Shown here: piece after piece, positions 6,518-16,367 of the stretch
Numbering within the stretch: the first letter of the stretch is position 1
How the letters are laid out: each line of letters begins with the position of its first letter
Sequence record: LR756511.1
DNA length: 64,000 nt
Reading direction: 5' to 3' (one strand)
Notes under the pieces: generated by a model
The model's input: only the letters and a program-made list of their open reading frames with translations
Told to the model about the DNA's origin: nothing
Database searches by the model: none
Program-made: the position numbers and the translations under genes

Positions 6518-6551
6518 AAAAAGACCCCGCAGGAAACTGCGGGGTCTTTTT
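6518..6551. terminator. Bidirectional intrinsic terminator
   Basis: AAAAAGACCCCGCAG-GAAA-CTGCGGGGTCTTTTT between convergent genes. Confidence 0.85.
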
Positions 6552-7022
6552 CTACATTACGCTTTTCAATTTTCTGTAGTAGTGAGGGTCTTCTTGTAAA
6601 TGCGCGAGAACGATCTTTAATGTTTTAACTGGATCGTCGTTGGTGACATTTAATTTTTTGTTTTTCTTCCCGTGTTCTAACTCCTCGTCCATTCCTGCTT
6701 TAATCTCTTTCTTGTCATACCTACTTATATCCAAATTCGCTTTAGCAGCAATCGCATGAATGTTTTCTAAAGATGCTATTTCCTCCCTTACTTTGCGCAT
6801 TTCTGGATGTGGGTCGCCTCCGCATTTCTCACAGCCACCTTCCACAATAGCGATATGGTGATCCTTCGCTAAGCAGCGGCATGATTCTATCCTATCGCCA
6901 CAGCTACAGTTAACAATTCCGTGGCCGCGTGCAACACGCCCCAACCAATCTCTCGCCTCTTTAATATCTTTGAAAAATTTAGTTTCTCTATCCGCTTCTA
7001 ACCATTCGCTGAATGTTTTCAT
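6552..7022 (-). CDS. DUF5661-like protein with capsid-targeting N-terminus
   Basis: MKTFSEWLE; GMDEELEH...KIVLAHLQEDPHYY motif. Confidence 0.7.
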   Translation of the reverse strand: MKTFSEWLEADRETKFFKDIKEARDWLGRVARGHGIVNCSCGDRIESCRCLAKDHHIAIVEGGCEKCGGDPHPEMRKVREEIASLENIHAIAAKANLDISRYDKKEIKAGMDEELEHGKKNKKLNVTNDDPVKTLKIVLAHLQEDPHYYRKLKSVM

Positions 7023-7030
7023 GCTTCACC

Positions 7031-7059
7031 TTGACTAATTTACTCTATTGGTATATAAG
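7031..7059 (+). promoter_or_regulatory. Sigma70 promoter giving a leaderless mRNA
   Basis: TTGACT-N17-TATAAG, ATG at 7066 six nt downstream. Confidence 0.6.
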
Positions 7060-7065
7060 TTTTCT

Positions 7066-9090
7066 ATGCGAAATCTCAATTTCAAATACGCAAAAGCACA
7101 GAACTTTCTCTGCTTCGGCAACGAAGGAATAGAAATTAATTTCGAACAATACGGGAATATTGTCTGTATAAAAGGTAATAATCTCGATGTTTGTAACGAC
7201 GACGGTTCTATTGCTTCCAATGGTTCTGGCAAATCCTCCATACCAGAAATCATAGTCTATGGTTTGTTCGGCAAGACAATCAAACAGCCGAAAAAACTAA
7301 ACCATCCAGACATCATTAACAACGGAGCAGAAGGAAAGTTAGTTGTCGAAGTGCGATGGGACGATTATAGAGTGGTTCGCACCAGGACCGCCGACAACAA
7401 GATGACTTTACGACTATGGGAAAGTGCTGAAGGCATATGGAATGACGACACAGAAATATCCAAGGGTGCTGGTTCGCAGAAACTTATTGAGGAAAAGCTT
7501 AAACTAACATACGAAGCATTCATCAATATCTTCATCTTTAGTGATGATAACACTTTTCCATTTTTAGAGTGTGATACAGGCAAGAAGCGCACTATTGTTG
7601 AGAACCTTCTTTCGCTCGACAAATACCGCAATTACTTTGAAGCTGCCAAGAAATCCTTAAAGGATTTGAAGGATAAGATTAAGGATTTAACTAAGGAGTA
7701 TGAACTTCTTAATCAGCAGAAGGATGCTGGAGCTACGCGCATTACGCAAGTTGAACGACAGGAGAGGGACTGGTTGGACGCCAGGAAGAAGGAATTAGAT
7801 AGAATCCTGTCTGAAATTAAGTCAAAGCGTGACGAGCTTGAAAAGTCTGGTAGTGGTGCCGCTCTAGCGACCTACCAAGAAGCTCAAGAAAGAATTGCAG
7901 AACTCAAGCAGCAAATTCCAACATTAGAGGAGCGAAAGTCGAAGCTTAATGATGTAATTGCGGAGATTACGCCTAAATTAGACATCATTCTTGAGAAGGT
8001 TTCTACGTGCGAGAAGGACTTGTCAGGATTAAAGGTCCAGGTAGAGCCTGTAAAGAAGTCGGTTAATGAGAACCGAAAGATCGTTGATGATATTGAGAAG
8101 AAAAGCGGCAAAGAATGCCCGTATTGCCTCAGTGTTGTTGAAGAGAAGAATTTTGAAACAATTCTCACCAAGGCGAGAGACATTCTTTCCGTCGATGAAC
8201 CTAAACTGGCCAATTTAGAGACTCAGTACGAAGAGGCTCGGACACGTCATGCCAGTGCGATTGAACTCAAACAAAGAATTGAGAAAGGTATTGCTGAATG
8301 TAAGACCAAGCTCAACAAGGTCAATTCTGATATTAGTGAAGTTTATTGCGACATCACAGAGCTATCCAAGATACAGAAACCAGATTCCAATGTGGCTGAG
8401 CTTGTGTTGGCTGAGCAAATTGAGTCATTAAAGAAGCAAGCTGTTGAAAAGCAGGAACTAATCGACGGTCCTAGCCCGTATGTTGATATTAAGAAAACCG
8501 CTTTTGATGAATTGGCACAAAAGATCAAAGAATGCGACGAGAAGAAGGATGAAGTTAAGAAGAATGAAGATGAAGTGCCGTATCATGATTTCTGGCTGAA
8601 GGCGTTTGGTGATACTGGCATTCGTAAGTATGTTATTGATGGAATTATTCCTACGCTGAATGATCGCATCGAATATTGGTTGCAATTCCTGATCGACAAT
8701 AAGATCAAGCTTACCTTTGACAACGAATTGAACGAAACGATTGATCGGTTTCCGTTCAATGGAAGACCGTACGTTTATCACGGCATGTCGGGTGGACAGA
8801 GGCGACGGTTGAAGTTAACTGTTGCGGCGGCTTGGGCATTCATTTCTGCTTTAAATTCTGGTGCATCTCCCTCGCTTATTTTCCTTGATGAAGTTACAAT
8901 GAACATGGACATTGTTGGTATTCAAGGAATTTATCGCATGATTTGTGAGCTTGCCAAAGAGAAACAAGTGTTCGTTATTGACCACAATGAAACTTTGTTG
9001 CAAATGCTTGAAGGGTGCGATGTTATAGAACTTGAGATGAAAGATGAAATTAGCAGGAAAGTGGTTGACACTTCTTCCACTTCCAGCTAA
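7066..9090 (+). CDS. sbcC: SbcC/Rad50-like SMC ATPase (T4 gp46-like)
   Basis: Walker A NGSGKS, coiled coil, zinc hook CPYC, signature MSGGQ, Walker B IFLDE. Confidence 0.92.
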   Translation: MRNLNFKYAKAQNFLCFGNEGIEINFEQYGNIVCIKGNNLDVCNDDGSIASNGSGKSSIPEIIVYGLFGKTIKQPKKLNHPDIINNGAEGKLVVEVRWDDYRVVRTRTADNKMTLRLWESAEGIWNDDTEISKGAGSQKLIEEKLKLTYEAFINIFIFSDDNTFPFLECDTGKKRTIVENLLSLDKYRNYFEAAKKSLKDLKDKIKDLTKEYELLNQQKDAGATRITQVERQERDWLDARKKELDRILSEIKSKRDELEKSGSGAALATYQEAQERIAELKQQIPTLEERKSKLNDVIAEITPKLDIILEKVSTCEKDLSGLKVQVEPVKKSVNENRKIVDDIEKKSGKECPYCLSVVEEKNFETILTKARDILSVDEPKLANLETQYEEARTRHASAIELKQRIEKGIAECKTKLNKVNSDISEVYCDITELSKIQKPDSNVAELVLAEQIESLKKQAVEKQELIDGPSPYVDIKKTAFDELAQKIKECDEKKDEVKKNEDEVPYHDFWLKAFGDTGIRKYVIDGIIPTLNDRIEYWLQFLIDNKIKLTFDNELNETIDRFPFNGRPYVYHGMSGGQRRRLKLTVAAAWAFISALNSGASPSLIFLDEVTMNMDIVGIQGIYRMICELAKEKQVFVIDHNETLLQMLEGCDVIELEMKDEISRKVVDTSSTSS

Positions 9091-9175
9091 TATCTCCTTC
9101 CCAAAAAATTAATAACAGAAAATTTTTGTTCTTACCCTTAGATATAAGTCCCTGCACATTTACCAAAGGTGGATC

Positions 9176-10150
9176 ATGGGAGTATTTGACAAACGAGTTG
9201 CCTTTAAGCCGTTCGAATATCCAGAAATTTTAGAATATAAGAATGCCATTAACCATAGTTATTGGCTGGTCAGCGAGTGGAACTTCATTGGCGATGTTCA
9301 CGATTTTAATGTCAAACTAAATGACGCTGAAAAGAACGCAATCAAGAATGCTATGCTCGCCATTTCACAGATCGAAGTATCCGTGAAGAAATTCTGGACC
9401 AAGCTTGGCGACCGTTTTCCCAAAGCAGAATTTGAACAGGTCGGTGTTACATTCGGAGAAAGTGAAGTAAGGCATTCCGATGCTTATTCTCACCTTCTAC
9501 AAGTGTTGGGCCTTAATGACGATTTTGCATTGTTGTTGGAGAATCCTGTCATTCAAGGGCGAGTTGATTACCTAACAAAATACCTTAAAGGGGCGTCGGA
9601 TAATAGTAACGAGAACTACACGCTCACGCTGACTCTGTTCTCTATTTTTATTGAGAACGTTAGTCTTTTCTCGCAGTTTCTTATTATCAAGTCCTTCAAC
9701 AAGCATATGAATGCGCTGAAGGATATTGATAACGTTGTGCAAGCAACCCAAAAGGAAGAATTGGTTCATGCTCTTTTTGGCGTTGCGCTTGTTAAGATTA
9801 TCAAGAAGGAATATCCAGACTGGTTTAATGAGCATTTCTACGAAAAGCTCTATCGCGCCTGTAAGAAAGCTTACGAATCTGAATGCAACATCATTGATTG
9901 GATTTTTGAGAAGGGAGAGTTGTCCTTCTTGCCAAAAGACGTTGTGAAGGAATTCATAAAGAGTCGTTTTAATGACAGTTTGGAAATGATTGGCGGGCAT
10001 AAAGTATTTGAGATTGACCAAGAAAAATTGGGACAAGTCAAGTGGTTTGAAGACGAAATTTACGCGGAAGTAAATACTGATTTCTTCCACAAGAAGCCAG
10101 TTACGTACTCAAAGAAGGTTCAAGCAATTACAGCGGATGATATTTTTTAA
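9176..10150 (+). CDS. nrdB: Ribonucleotide reductase class I beta subunit
   Basis: SQIE, ESEVRHSDAY, IENVSLFSQF, EELVH di-metal ligands. Confidence 0.95.
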   Translation: MGVFDKRVAFKPFEYPEILEYKNAINHSYWLVSEWNFIGDVHDFNVKLNDAEKNAIKNAMLAISQIEVSVKKFWTKLGDRFPKAEFEQVGVTFGESEVRHSDAYSHLLQVLGLNDDFALLLENPVIQGRVDYLTKYLKGASDNSNENYTLTLTLFSIFIENVSLFSQFLIIKSFNKHMNALKDIDNVVQATQKEELVHALFGVALVKIIKKEYPDWFNEHFYEKLYRACKKAYESECNIIDWIFEKGELSFLPKDVVKEFIKSRFNDSLEMIGGHKVFEIDQEKLGQVKWFEDEIYAEVNTDFFHKKPVTYSKKVQAITADDIF

Positions 10151-10161
10151 TAGAGGTTATA

Positions 10162-13100
10162 ATGAGTGAATATAGATGGTTGACGGAATTATCGCAGCAG
10201 TTCTTAGAGCGAGATTATTTGGTAGAAGGTCAGACAGTTGACGAAAGAGTAGACGAAATATGCAATGCGGCTGAAAGAATACTAGAGAAGCCAGGGTTTG
10301 CAAAGGCGTTTAAAGAGAACATTCAAAAAGGCTGGTATTCTCTTAGCACACCTGTCTGGACTAACTTCGGCACAGATCGCGGCTTGCCGATTTCCTGCGT
10401 GGCTGGCGAGACTTGGATTAACACAAAATCTAACGGCGGCAAACAAGCCAAAGATATTGTTGTTGGCGACGAGGTTCTTACGCATAAAGGAAGATATAGA
10501 AAAATAACTAAAGTCATAAAGACCGAGAATAGAAGAGATATTTATAAATTAAAAATTGGAACAAGAATGACCAATCTTTATTTGACAGGCGATCATCCTG
10601 TATTAACAAACCTTGGATGGGTAAGAGTTGACAGTCTTGATCCTAAAGTTCACTTGGTAGCCGTAAACAGGGAAATTGAGTTAGAAGAAATAAACCATAT
10701 CATAAACATGAGGCTTTTCTGCAAATATGATTGGTTAGAAAAAGACGGTAGAATTTACAAAAAAGGAAAAGAGACAGTCAGAGAGGACAGGCAGGTTGAA
10801 GTTGTTAGCTATTATGCTTTACCATTTGCCGAGATAGAAGTTACGGAAGATGTTGCTTGGGCATTAGGTTTGTGGTTTGCCGAAGGCAGTATTTCGGTAA
10901 ATGATAGAGGATTACCTAACGGAGCTAGAGTAACTTTAGGCTTAGATGAAAAGCATTTTGGTTATAAATGGCTGGATATCATCCGTCGTGACTTTGGCAT
11001 TGATGGCAATGCATATGAAGGCGAAGCAGAAAGAGATGGGACAGTAAACAGATGGTTTAACATCAATGTTAATTCAACAGTAGTTGGCAATTTTTTTGCT
11101 GCTTTTGGGAAGGATTGCAAAAAGAAAACTATTCCAGATTGGATCATTGCCCTTCCAAGTAATTTGTTGAGAAGTTTTTTGCAAGGACTATTGTTAGGCG
11201 ACGGTACGGTTAGGTTAGATGGTTCTAATAAATTGACACTAGCAAACCCCCAATTAGTTTTACAGGCATACCAAATTGCACTAAAGCTAGGTCTAGGGGT
11301 ATCGCTACAAATGCAGGAAAAAGCTGGTAAACTTTCATCGACCTCATATGTCTACACAATTAGGTTTAGGTCGCCTAATTTAAAAAATAGATATTCTAGC
11401 GGTTTTGCAATTCCATTTTCTGATGGCTTGTATTATTGTCACATCAGAACATTAGAAAAAACCAATAAAACAAAAACTGTTTATGATTTTACAGTCGAAG
11501 AAGATCACTCATTCAGTGCGGCAGGTGTAATATTACACAATTGCTTCGGTAGTTATATCGAAGATAATATGGAGTCCATTCTTTATACTCATTCCGAAGT
11601 TGGAATGATGACAAAGCATGGCGGCGGCACTTCTGCGTACTTTGGCAACTTGCGTGGTCGTGGCGAGAAGATTCGCAAGAACGGCGAATCCTCTGGCTCC
11701 GTCCACTTCATGAAACTGTTTGAGAATTTAATCAATATTGTGTCGCAAGGCGCTACTCGTCGCGGTAATTTCGCGGCGTACATTGATATTGACCATAAAG
11801 ACATTCTTGAGTTCTTGCAGATTCGCAATGAAGGTTTCCCAATTCAAGACCTTTCTTTCGGCGTTTGTGTCACTGATAAGTGGATGCAAGCAATGATTGA
11901 TGGTGATAAAGAGAAGAGAAAAGTTTGGGCGAAGGTTTTAGAGAGTCGTGCGCACAAAGGCTACCCATACATTTTCTTTGTCGATAATGCCAACAATAAC
12001 ACGGTTGATGTTTACAAAGACAAGGGCATGAAGATTAGTCACAGTAATCTCTGCGTCACAGGCGACCAGTGGGTTGTAACCTCTAAAGGAATGCGACAAG
12101 TATATGATTTGTACAAATCACAGGAAAACCTAACTTTGTTTGATGGCGAGAAAGCCGTTTTTGCATCTCCAATGAAATTGATTGAAAGGTCTGTTGATGT
12201 GTACGAAATTATTACGGAGGCTGGGCGAACACACAAAGTAACTGGTTATCATAAAGTTAAAACAAAGTTAGGAATGGTTGAAGCCAAGGATTTGATCCCT
12301 GGCACCAAGATCTGTGTTCAGAATGAAAAAGGTTTATTCGGCAACATTTATGCTCCGCAGCAAGCTTTCCTGTTAGGCTTATATCAAGGAGACGGAACAC
12401 AGACAGATGAAACTGTATTTATTGATTTGTGGGAAAATGATTTTGATTTAATTCCAGAAGTAGAGTCATGTGTTGAAAGTATATACAAACTTAACGGCTG
12501 GCTCACTTACGAAGTAACCGTGCCAAACAGAGGGCAACACACTCGGTCAACTATTGTGCCAACGTTCTGCGATCAGTCTCCATCTGAAAACGGCGTACTT
12601 AAAAAGAGATTACAAAGCGCAAAATTAAAACAGACAGGCTTTGAAAAAGGAAAGATTCCAGAATGGATTTGGTGCGCCAACGAACAAACTCAGTGGCAAT
12701 ATATCCGTGGACTGTTGTTCACGGACGGCACTGTAACACTTGGAAGCTCTAAAGGGGAACCAATCCAACTTTCTATCACATCAACAAATCTTGATTGGCT
12801 GCGTGAAATTCAAATATTGATGTCTAATTTAGGATTGAAACCTTCTATTCATCTGTCTGACGATGGCGGCAGAAAATTAATGCCTGATGGCAAAGGCGGC
12901 AAAAAACAGTATCTTTGTAAAGCCAAATACCGCCTGATTGTATCTAATAAACCAGATTCAATTGAAATAGAAAAAGCAACTGGTTTCCTTACGCGAAAAG
13001 GCGTTACACTAGAAGATAGAGAATATAGAGACAACACCAAAAAATTTGATACTGTTAAGGAAGTTAGACACGTTGGCAAAGAAGATGTTTATTGCACAAC

Positions 13101-14055
13101 AGTTAAATCTGACGAACACCTTTGGGTGTGCAACAGTTTCATTACGTCTAATTGTACGGAAATCATGCTTCCAGATAATGAGCAAGAGTGCTTTGTCTGT
13201 GACCTTTCGAGCATGAATCTATTATATTACGACGAATGGAAAGACACGAACGCTGTAGAGCTTATTGTGTATTTCCTTGACGCAGTAATGACGGAATTCA
13301 TTGAGAAGGCTGAAAAAATTAGTTTCATGGAGCGTCCTGTCCGCTTTGCCAAGAGACATCGTGCATTGGGGTTGGGCGTCCTTGGCTGGCACAGTTACTT
13401 GCAATCCAAGATGATTCCGTTTGAGAGCATGGAAGCAAAATATCTCAATGTTGCCATTGCTAAGAAGCTTAAAGAGGATTCCTACAAGGCATCGGCAAAG
13501 TTAGCTAAGGAATATGGAGAGCCAGAAGTTTTGAAGGATTATGGAAGGCGTAATACGACGCTTATGGCTATTGCGCCAACGAAATCTTCTGCATTCATTC
13601 TTGGTCAGGTTTCGGAACAGACTGAGCCTAATCGTGCCAACATTGTCGTTAAGGACTTGCAGAAGGGCAAGTTCACGATGCGAAATCCTTACTTAGAGGC
13701 TTTGTTGGAGCAGAAGGGGAAGAATGACGAGGCGACGTGGACCAGCATTTTGAAGATGGGCGGCTCGGTTCAGCACTTAGACTTCTTGACAGACCATGAG
13801 AAGGCGGTCTACAAAACGTTCAGCGAAATCAGTATGAAGGAAGTAATTATACAGGCTTCGCAGCGTCAGAAATATCTCGATCAGGCACAATCTCTTAATA
13901 TCATGATTCATCCAGAAATGCCTATAAAAGAGGTTAACAATTTAATTATAGAGGCGTGGAAGCTGGGCATTAAGAGCTTCTATTATCAGTACTCTATAAA
14001 CTCTTGTCAGAAATTTTCACGCGATTTATTGACCTGTAAGAATTGTGAGAGCTAG
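10162..14055 (+). CDS. nrdA: Ribonucleotide reductase class I alpha subunit with two inteins (about 548 aa spliced)
   Basis: GLPIS|CF, RRGNFAAY, SNL|CTE, VCDLSS, LGLGVLG, IAPT, C-terminal CKNC. Confidence 0.95.
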   Translation: MSEYRWLTELSQQFLERDYLVEGQTVDERVDEICNAAERILEKPGFAKAFKENIQKGWYSLSTPVWTNFGTDRGLPISCVAGETWINTKSNGGKQAKDIVVGDEVLTHKGRYRKITKVIKTENRRDIYKLKIGTRMTNLYLTGDHPVLTNLGWVRVDSLDPKVHLVAVNREIELEEINHIINMRLFCKYDWLEKDGRIYKKGKETVREDRQVEVVSYYALPFAEIEVTEDVAWALGLWFAEGSISVNDRGLPNGARVTLGLDEKHFGYKWLDIIRRDFGIDGNAYEGEAERDGTVNRWFNINVNSTVVGNFFAAFGKDCKKKTIPDWIIALPSNLLRSFLQGLLLGDGTVRLDGSNKLTLANPQLVLQAYQIALKLGLGVSLQMQEKAGKLSSTSYVYTIRFRSPNLKNRYSSGFAIPFSDGLYYCHIRTLEKTNKTKTVYDFTVEEDHSFSAAGVILHNCFGSYIEDNMESILYTHSEVGMMTKHGGGTSAYFGNLRGRGEKIRKNGESSGSVHFMKLFENLINIVSQGATRRGNFAAYIDIDHKDILEFLQIRNEGFPIQDLSFGVCVTDKWMQAMIDGDKEKRKVWAKVLESRAHKGYPYIFFVDNANNNTVDVYKDKGMKISHSNLCVTGDQWVVTSKGMRQVYDLYKSQENLTLFDGEKAVFASPMKLIERSVDVYEIITEAGRTHKVTGYHKVKTKLGMVEAKDLIPGTKICVQNEKGLFGNIYAPQQAFLLGLYQGDGTQTDETVFIDLWENDFDLIPEVESCVESIYKLNGWLTYEVTVPNRGQHTRSTIVPTFCDQSPSENGVLKKRLQSAKLKQTGFEKGKIPEWIWCANEQTQWQYIRGLLFTDGTVTLGSSKGEPIQLSITSTNLDWLREIQILMSNLGLKPSIHLSDDGGRKLMPDGKGGKKQYLCKAKYRLIVSNKPDSIEIEKATGFLTRKGVTLEDREYRDNTKKFDTVKEVRHVGKEDVYCTTVKSDEHLWVCNSFITSNCTEIMLPDNEQECFVCDLSSMNLLYYDEWKDTNAVELIVYFLDAVMTEFIEKAEKISFMERPVRFAKRHRALGLGVLGWHSYLQSKMIPFESMEAKYLNVAIAKKLKEDSYKASAKLAKEYGEPEVLKDYGRRNTTLMAIAPTKSSAFILGQVSEQTEPNRANIVVKDLQKGKFTMRNPYLEALLEQKGKNDEATWTSILKMGGSVQHLDFLTDHEKAVYKTFSEISMKEVIIQASQRQKYLDQAQSLNIMIHPEMPIKEVNNLIIEAWKLGIKSFYYQYSINSCQKFSRDLLTCKNCES
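10396..11541 (+). mobile_element. Intein 1 with LAGLIDADG homing endonuclease (382 aa)
   Basis: Starts CVAGETW, ends ILHN|C; LGLWFAEG and FLQGLLLGDG motifs. Confidence 0.9.
12052..13152 (+). mobile_element. Intein 2 with LAGLIDADG homing endonuclease (367 aa)
   Basis: Starts CVTGDQWV, ends ITSN|C; LLGLYQGDG and YIRGLLFTDG motifs. Confidence 0.9.
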
Positions 14056-14618
14056 AGAGAATTCAAAAATTTTTGCAATTCATTGAGACTTTCATTTAAT
14101 GTTTGCTTAAATGAAAGTCTCAATGGTTTTATTAATTCACAATTTTCGATTACAAGTATCTCTATGCCGTTGCTAATGGTAAATGTTTCTGGAATTGAAA
14201 AATCTTTTGATTTCCTGTTATTTTTGAATAGCAACTTCTCCCACTCGTTTAGTTTTGCCTCCATTTTATCAGGCGAAAGTTTAAAGGCTCTAATGTCTTT
14301 GTAGTCTTCACTATATGAAATATGAATATGACTTTTACTTCTCTCTTTTTGTATTTTTGAATACCAACTATCCTTCCCATAAGAATATAGAAATTTCTGG
14401 CCGCGTAAGCCAGATTTAATTTCAGTGTAGTACCCATCCGTCGCTGAATCCTCATTTTGATAATCTTTCTCAAGTTCTCTTCCGATCATTTCAAACACCT
14501 TTGACGATACTTTCCCAACGCTACTGAGTCTTTGGCGTACCGCCAAGCCTTCAGAAAGAAAATTTGGCAGAAAAATATTGTTGCAATAGACCCGATAGGC
14601 TGATATGATACTTTCCAT
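14052..14618 (-). CDS. Hypothetical protein, 188 aa
   Basis: Long ORF convergent with nrdA, 4-nt overlap. Confidence 0.6.
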   Translation of the reverse strand: MESIISAYRVYCNNIFLPNFLSEGLAVRQRLSSVGKVSSKVFEMIGRELEKDYQNEDSATDGYYTEIKSGLRGQKFLYSYGKDSWYSKIQKERSKSHIHISYSEDYKDIRAFKLSPDKMEAKLNEWEKLLFKNNRKSKDFSIPETFTISNGIEILVIENCELIKPLRLSFKQTLNESLNELQKFLNSL

Positions 14619-14705
14619 AGCTTCGGACTCCTTGGAAGACTTAGGTAATTATAATAAATTATCGAGGAGACACAATAAAAAAGGAGAAATTAAGGAGAAA
14701 TAATT

Positions 14706-15209
14706 ATGGTAAAAGTATTGAAGTCCGATAAGGGTTACTATGTGCAACTCTTGAAACGTTTGGAAGCTTCGTGGAAGGAAGACTTATCCGCCAACAGTCA
14801 GGAATGGCGGCGAATGTACGATCAGAAGAGAAAGGAAAATAGTTTATCTCCTCAAGGGGATTCTGATAGGTATATGTTTAAATTATTGCAATCTCGTTAT
14901 CCTCAACACTTTTTGGACCTAGAGGAATTGGATGCGAAATCTGAAAAGGACTTGCAAAGACTGTCCAAGGCAACGAATGCCGCGCGTCTGAGTCTCTCGC
15001 AAGGCGACCCAACACTACGGATAGGCTCACCGCGTAAGCGATCTCGTCAGGAAGTCTCCAGCGACACAACTACGGAAGGTAGCAAAGACAATAACACGAA
15101 GACTAAGAAGGAAGACGGCAATGCGACTATATCTGCACTGGTGGATGCATTGCCAGAAGATACGGCTAAAGCAATTGTTAAGATAATGTTGAAAAATTTC
15201 ATAAAATAG
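14706..15209 (+). CDS. Hypothetical protein, 167 aa
   Basis: AGGAG RBS; followed by terminator. Confidence 0.7.
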   Translation: MVKVLKSDKGYYVQLLKRLEASWKEDLSANSQEWRRMYDQKRKENSLSPQGDSDRYMFKLLQSRYPQHFLDLEELDAKSEKDLQRLSKATNAARLSLSQGDPTLRIGSPRKRSRQEVSSDTTTEGSKDNNTKTKKEDGNATISALVDALPEDTAKAIVKIMLKNFIK

Positions 15210-15210
15210 C

Positions 15211-15247
15211 AAAAAAGGGCAGAGAATTAAATTCTCTGCCCTTTTTT
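15211..15247. terminator. Bidirectional intrinsic terminator
   Basis: AAAAAAGGGCAGAGAAT-TAA-ATTCTCTGCCCTTTTTT. Confidence 0.85.
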
Positions 15248-15264
15248 CTTAGGCCCAACATGAA

Positions 15265-16050
15265 CTAGGCAGCAACGTGCGCTGTCCAGAAGTCGTCTGC
15301 TAATTGAGGGTTCGTAAAGAAATTGTAACTAATAAAAAAGCAACCAGCTGCACCCCAGCTAGCTCCCCAGCTATTTCTTACAATAAACCAATTCTTAGAA
15401 TCATCGTAACCGACAACTAAAATTGCGTGACCGCCAAGAACTTGCTCACTCTTCTTTGGCATTGGAACAATACCTGTGCGAGCAACGGTGTCGGATTCGA
15501 AACTTTCATAAACCGTGAAACCACCAACGACAGGATATCCGTCTGCCAAGCAAGCACGCATATCATCTAGATTGGTATTGTCAACGGAGAGGTATTCAGA
15601 TACCTTATGCTTCAAGCCATCCGCGTAGACTTTCTTGTTTGGCTTTACGGCAAACTTAGCGGTATTGTACCACCATAAAGATTCATGAGGTGCGCCAAGA
15701 TTAGCAACAACCTTCATGCCGTCTCTAATTTCAGCACCCGCGTCTTGGCTAACAGTGCCTTCTAAAACTCTTTCATTATAATAAATGAACAATCTTGATG
15801 GAACGAAAGCAGGATGTCTTTCTTTCATTTCCAAGAATTCGACTAAACCACCAATTGCGTTTGCGGTGCAAGAGCCAAGATCACCCTGGTCATAAATTGC
15901 TGGACATTGTGGGCGCAAATCCACCATAGATGGTAGCGCTTTTAACATACAGGTCTTAGGAGCAAACCTGTGGTCACGATGGTCAGGAAGACTTCTCTTC
16001 CAACCATATTTCTTAATTTTTCTAGCCTGTTTAAAGAATTTGTCACTCAT
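15265..16050 (-). CDS. Papain-family (C1) cysteine peptidase
   Basis: DQGxxGSCTANA, GGHAILVVGY, RNSWG. Confidence 0.9.
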   Translation of the reverse strand: MSDKFFKQARKIKKYGWKRSLPDHRDHRFAPKTCMLKALPSMVDLRPQCPAIYDQGDLGSCTANAIGGLVEFLEMKERHPAFVPSRLFIYYNERVLEGTVSQDAGAEIRDGMKVVANLGAPHESLWWYNTAKFAVKPNKKVYADGLKHKVSEYLSVDNTNLDDMRACLADGYPVVGGFTVYESFESDTVARTGIVPMPKKSEQVLGGHAILVVGYDDSKNWFIVRNSWGASWGAAGCFFISYNFFTNPQLADDFWTAHVAA

Positions 16051-16136
16051 ACAAATATTTATGTTTCATGCCCTGGTTTTGATTATTAACTTCTTGTTAA
16101 GGAATTGAGAAAGTGATTTTCGCGCTCTAATAGATT

Positions 16137-16361
16137 ATGTGGAAATATAAATCAATTTGCACGATTTGCGGGCGGGAAACAAAGGAATGTGATAATCTTG
16201 CGCAACACTGGCACGCCAAAATAGATGCTGGATTTATTGGGGTAGAACTTACGGGCGTGTGCCAATTAAGACAGTTGAATTTTTGCCCATCTTGTGCTAA
16301 AAAGAGTTACACGATAGAAGAGTTGCAGACAATTGGTAATTACAATCAGTGGAGTTACTAG
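16137..16361 (+). CDS. Small zinc-finger-like protein
   Basis: CTIC and CPSC pairs. Confidence 0.5.
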   Translation: MWKYKSICTICGRETKECDNLAQHWHAKIDAGFIGVELTGVCQLRQLNFCPSCAKKSYTIEELQTIGNYNQWSY

Positions 16362-16367
16362 GAAAGA

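Noticed and set aside
10396-13152. Group I/II introns in nrdA
   Set aside because: Insertions are in frame, lack stops and have intein Cys...Asn|Cys junctions.
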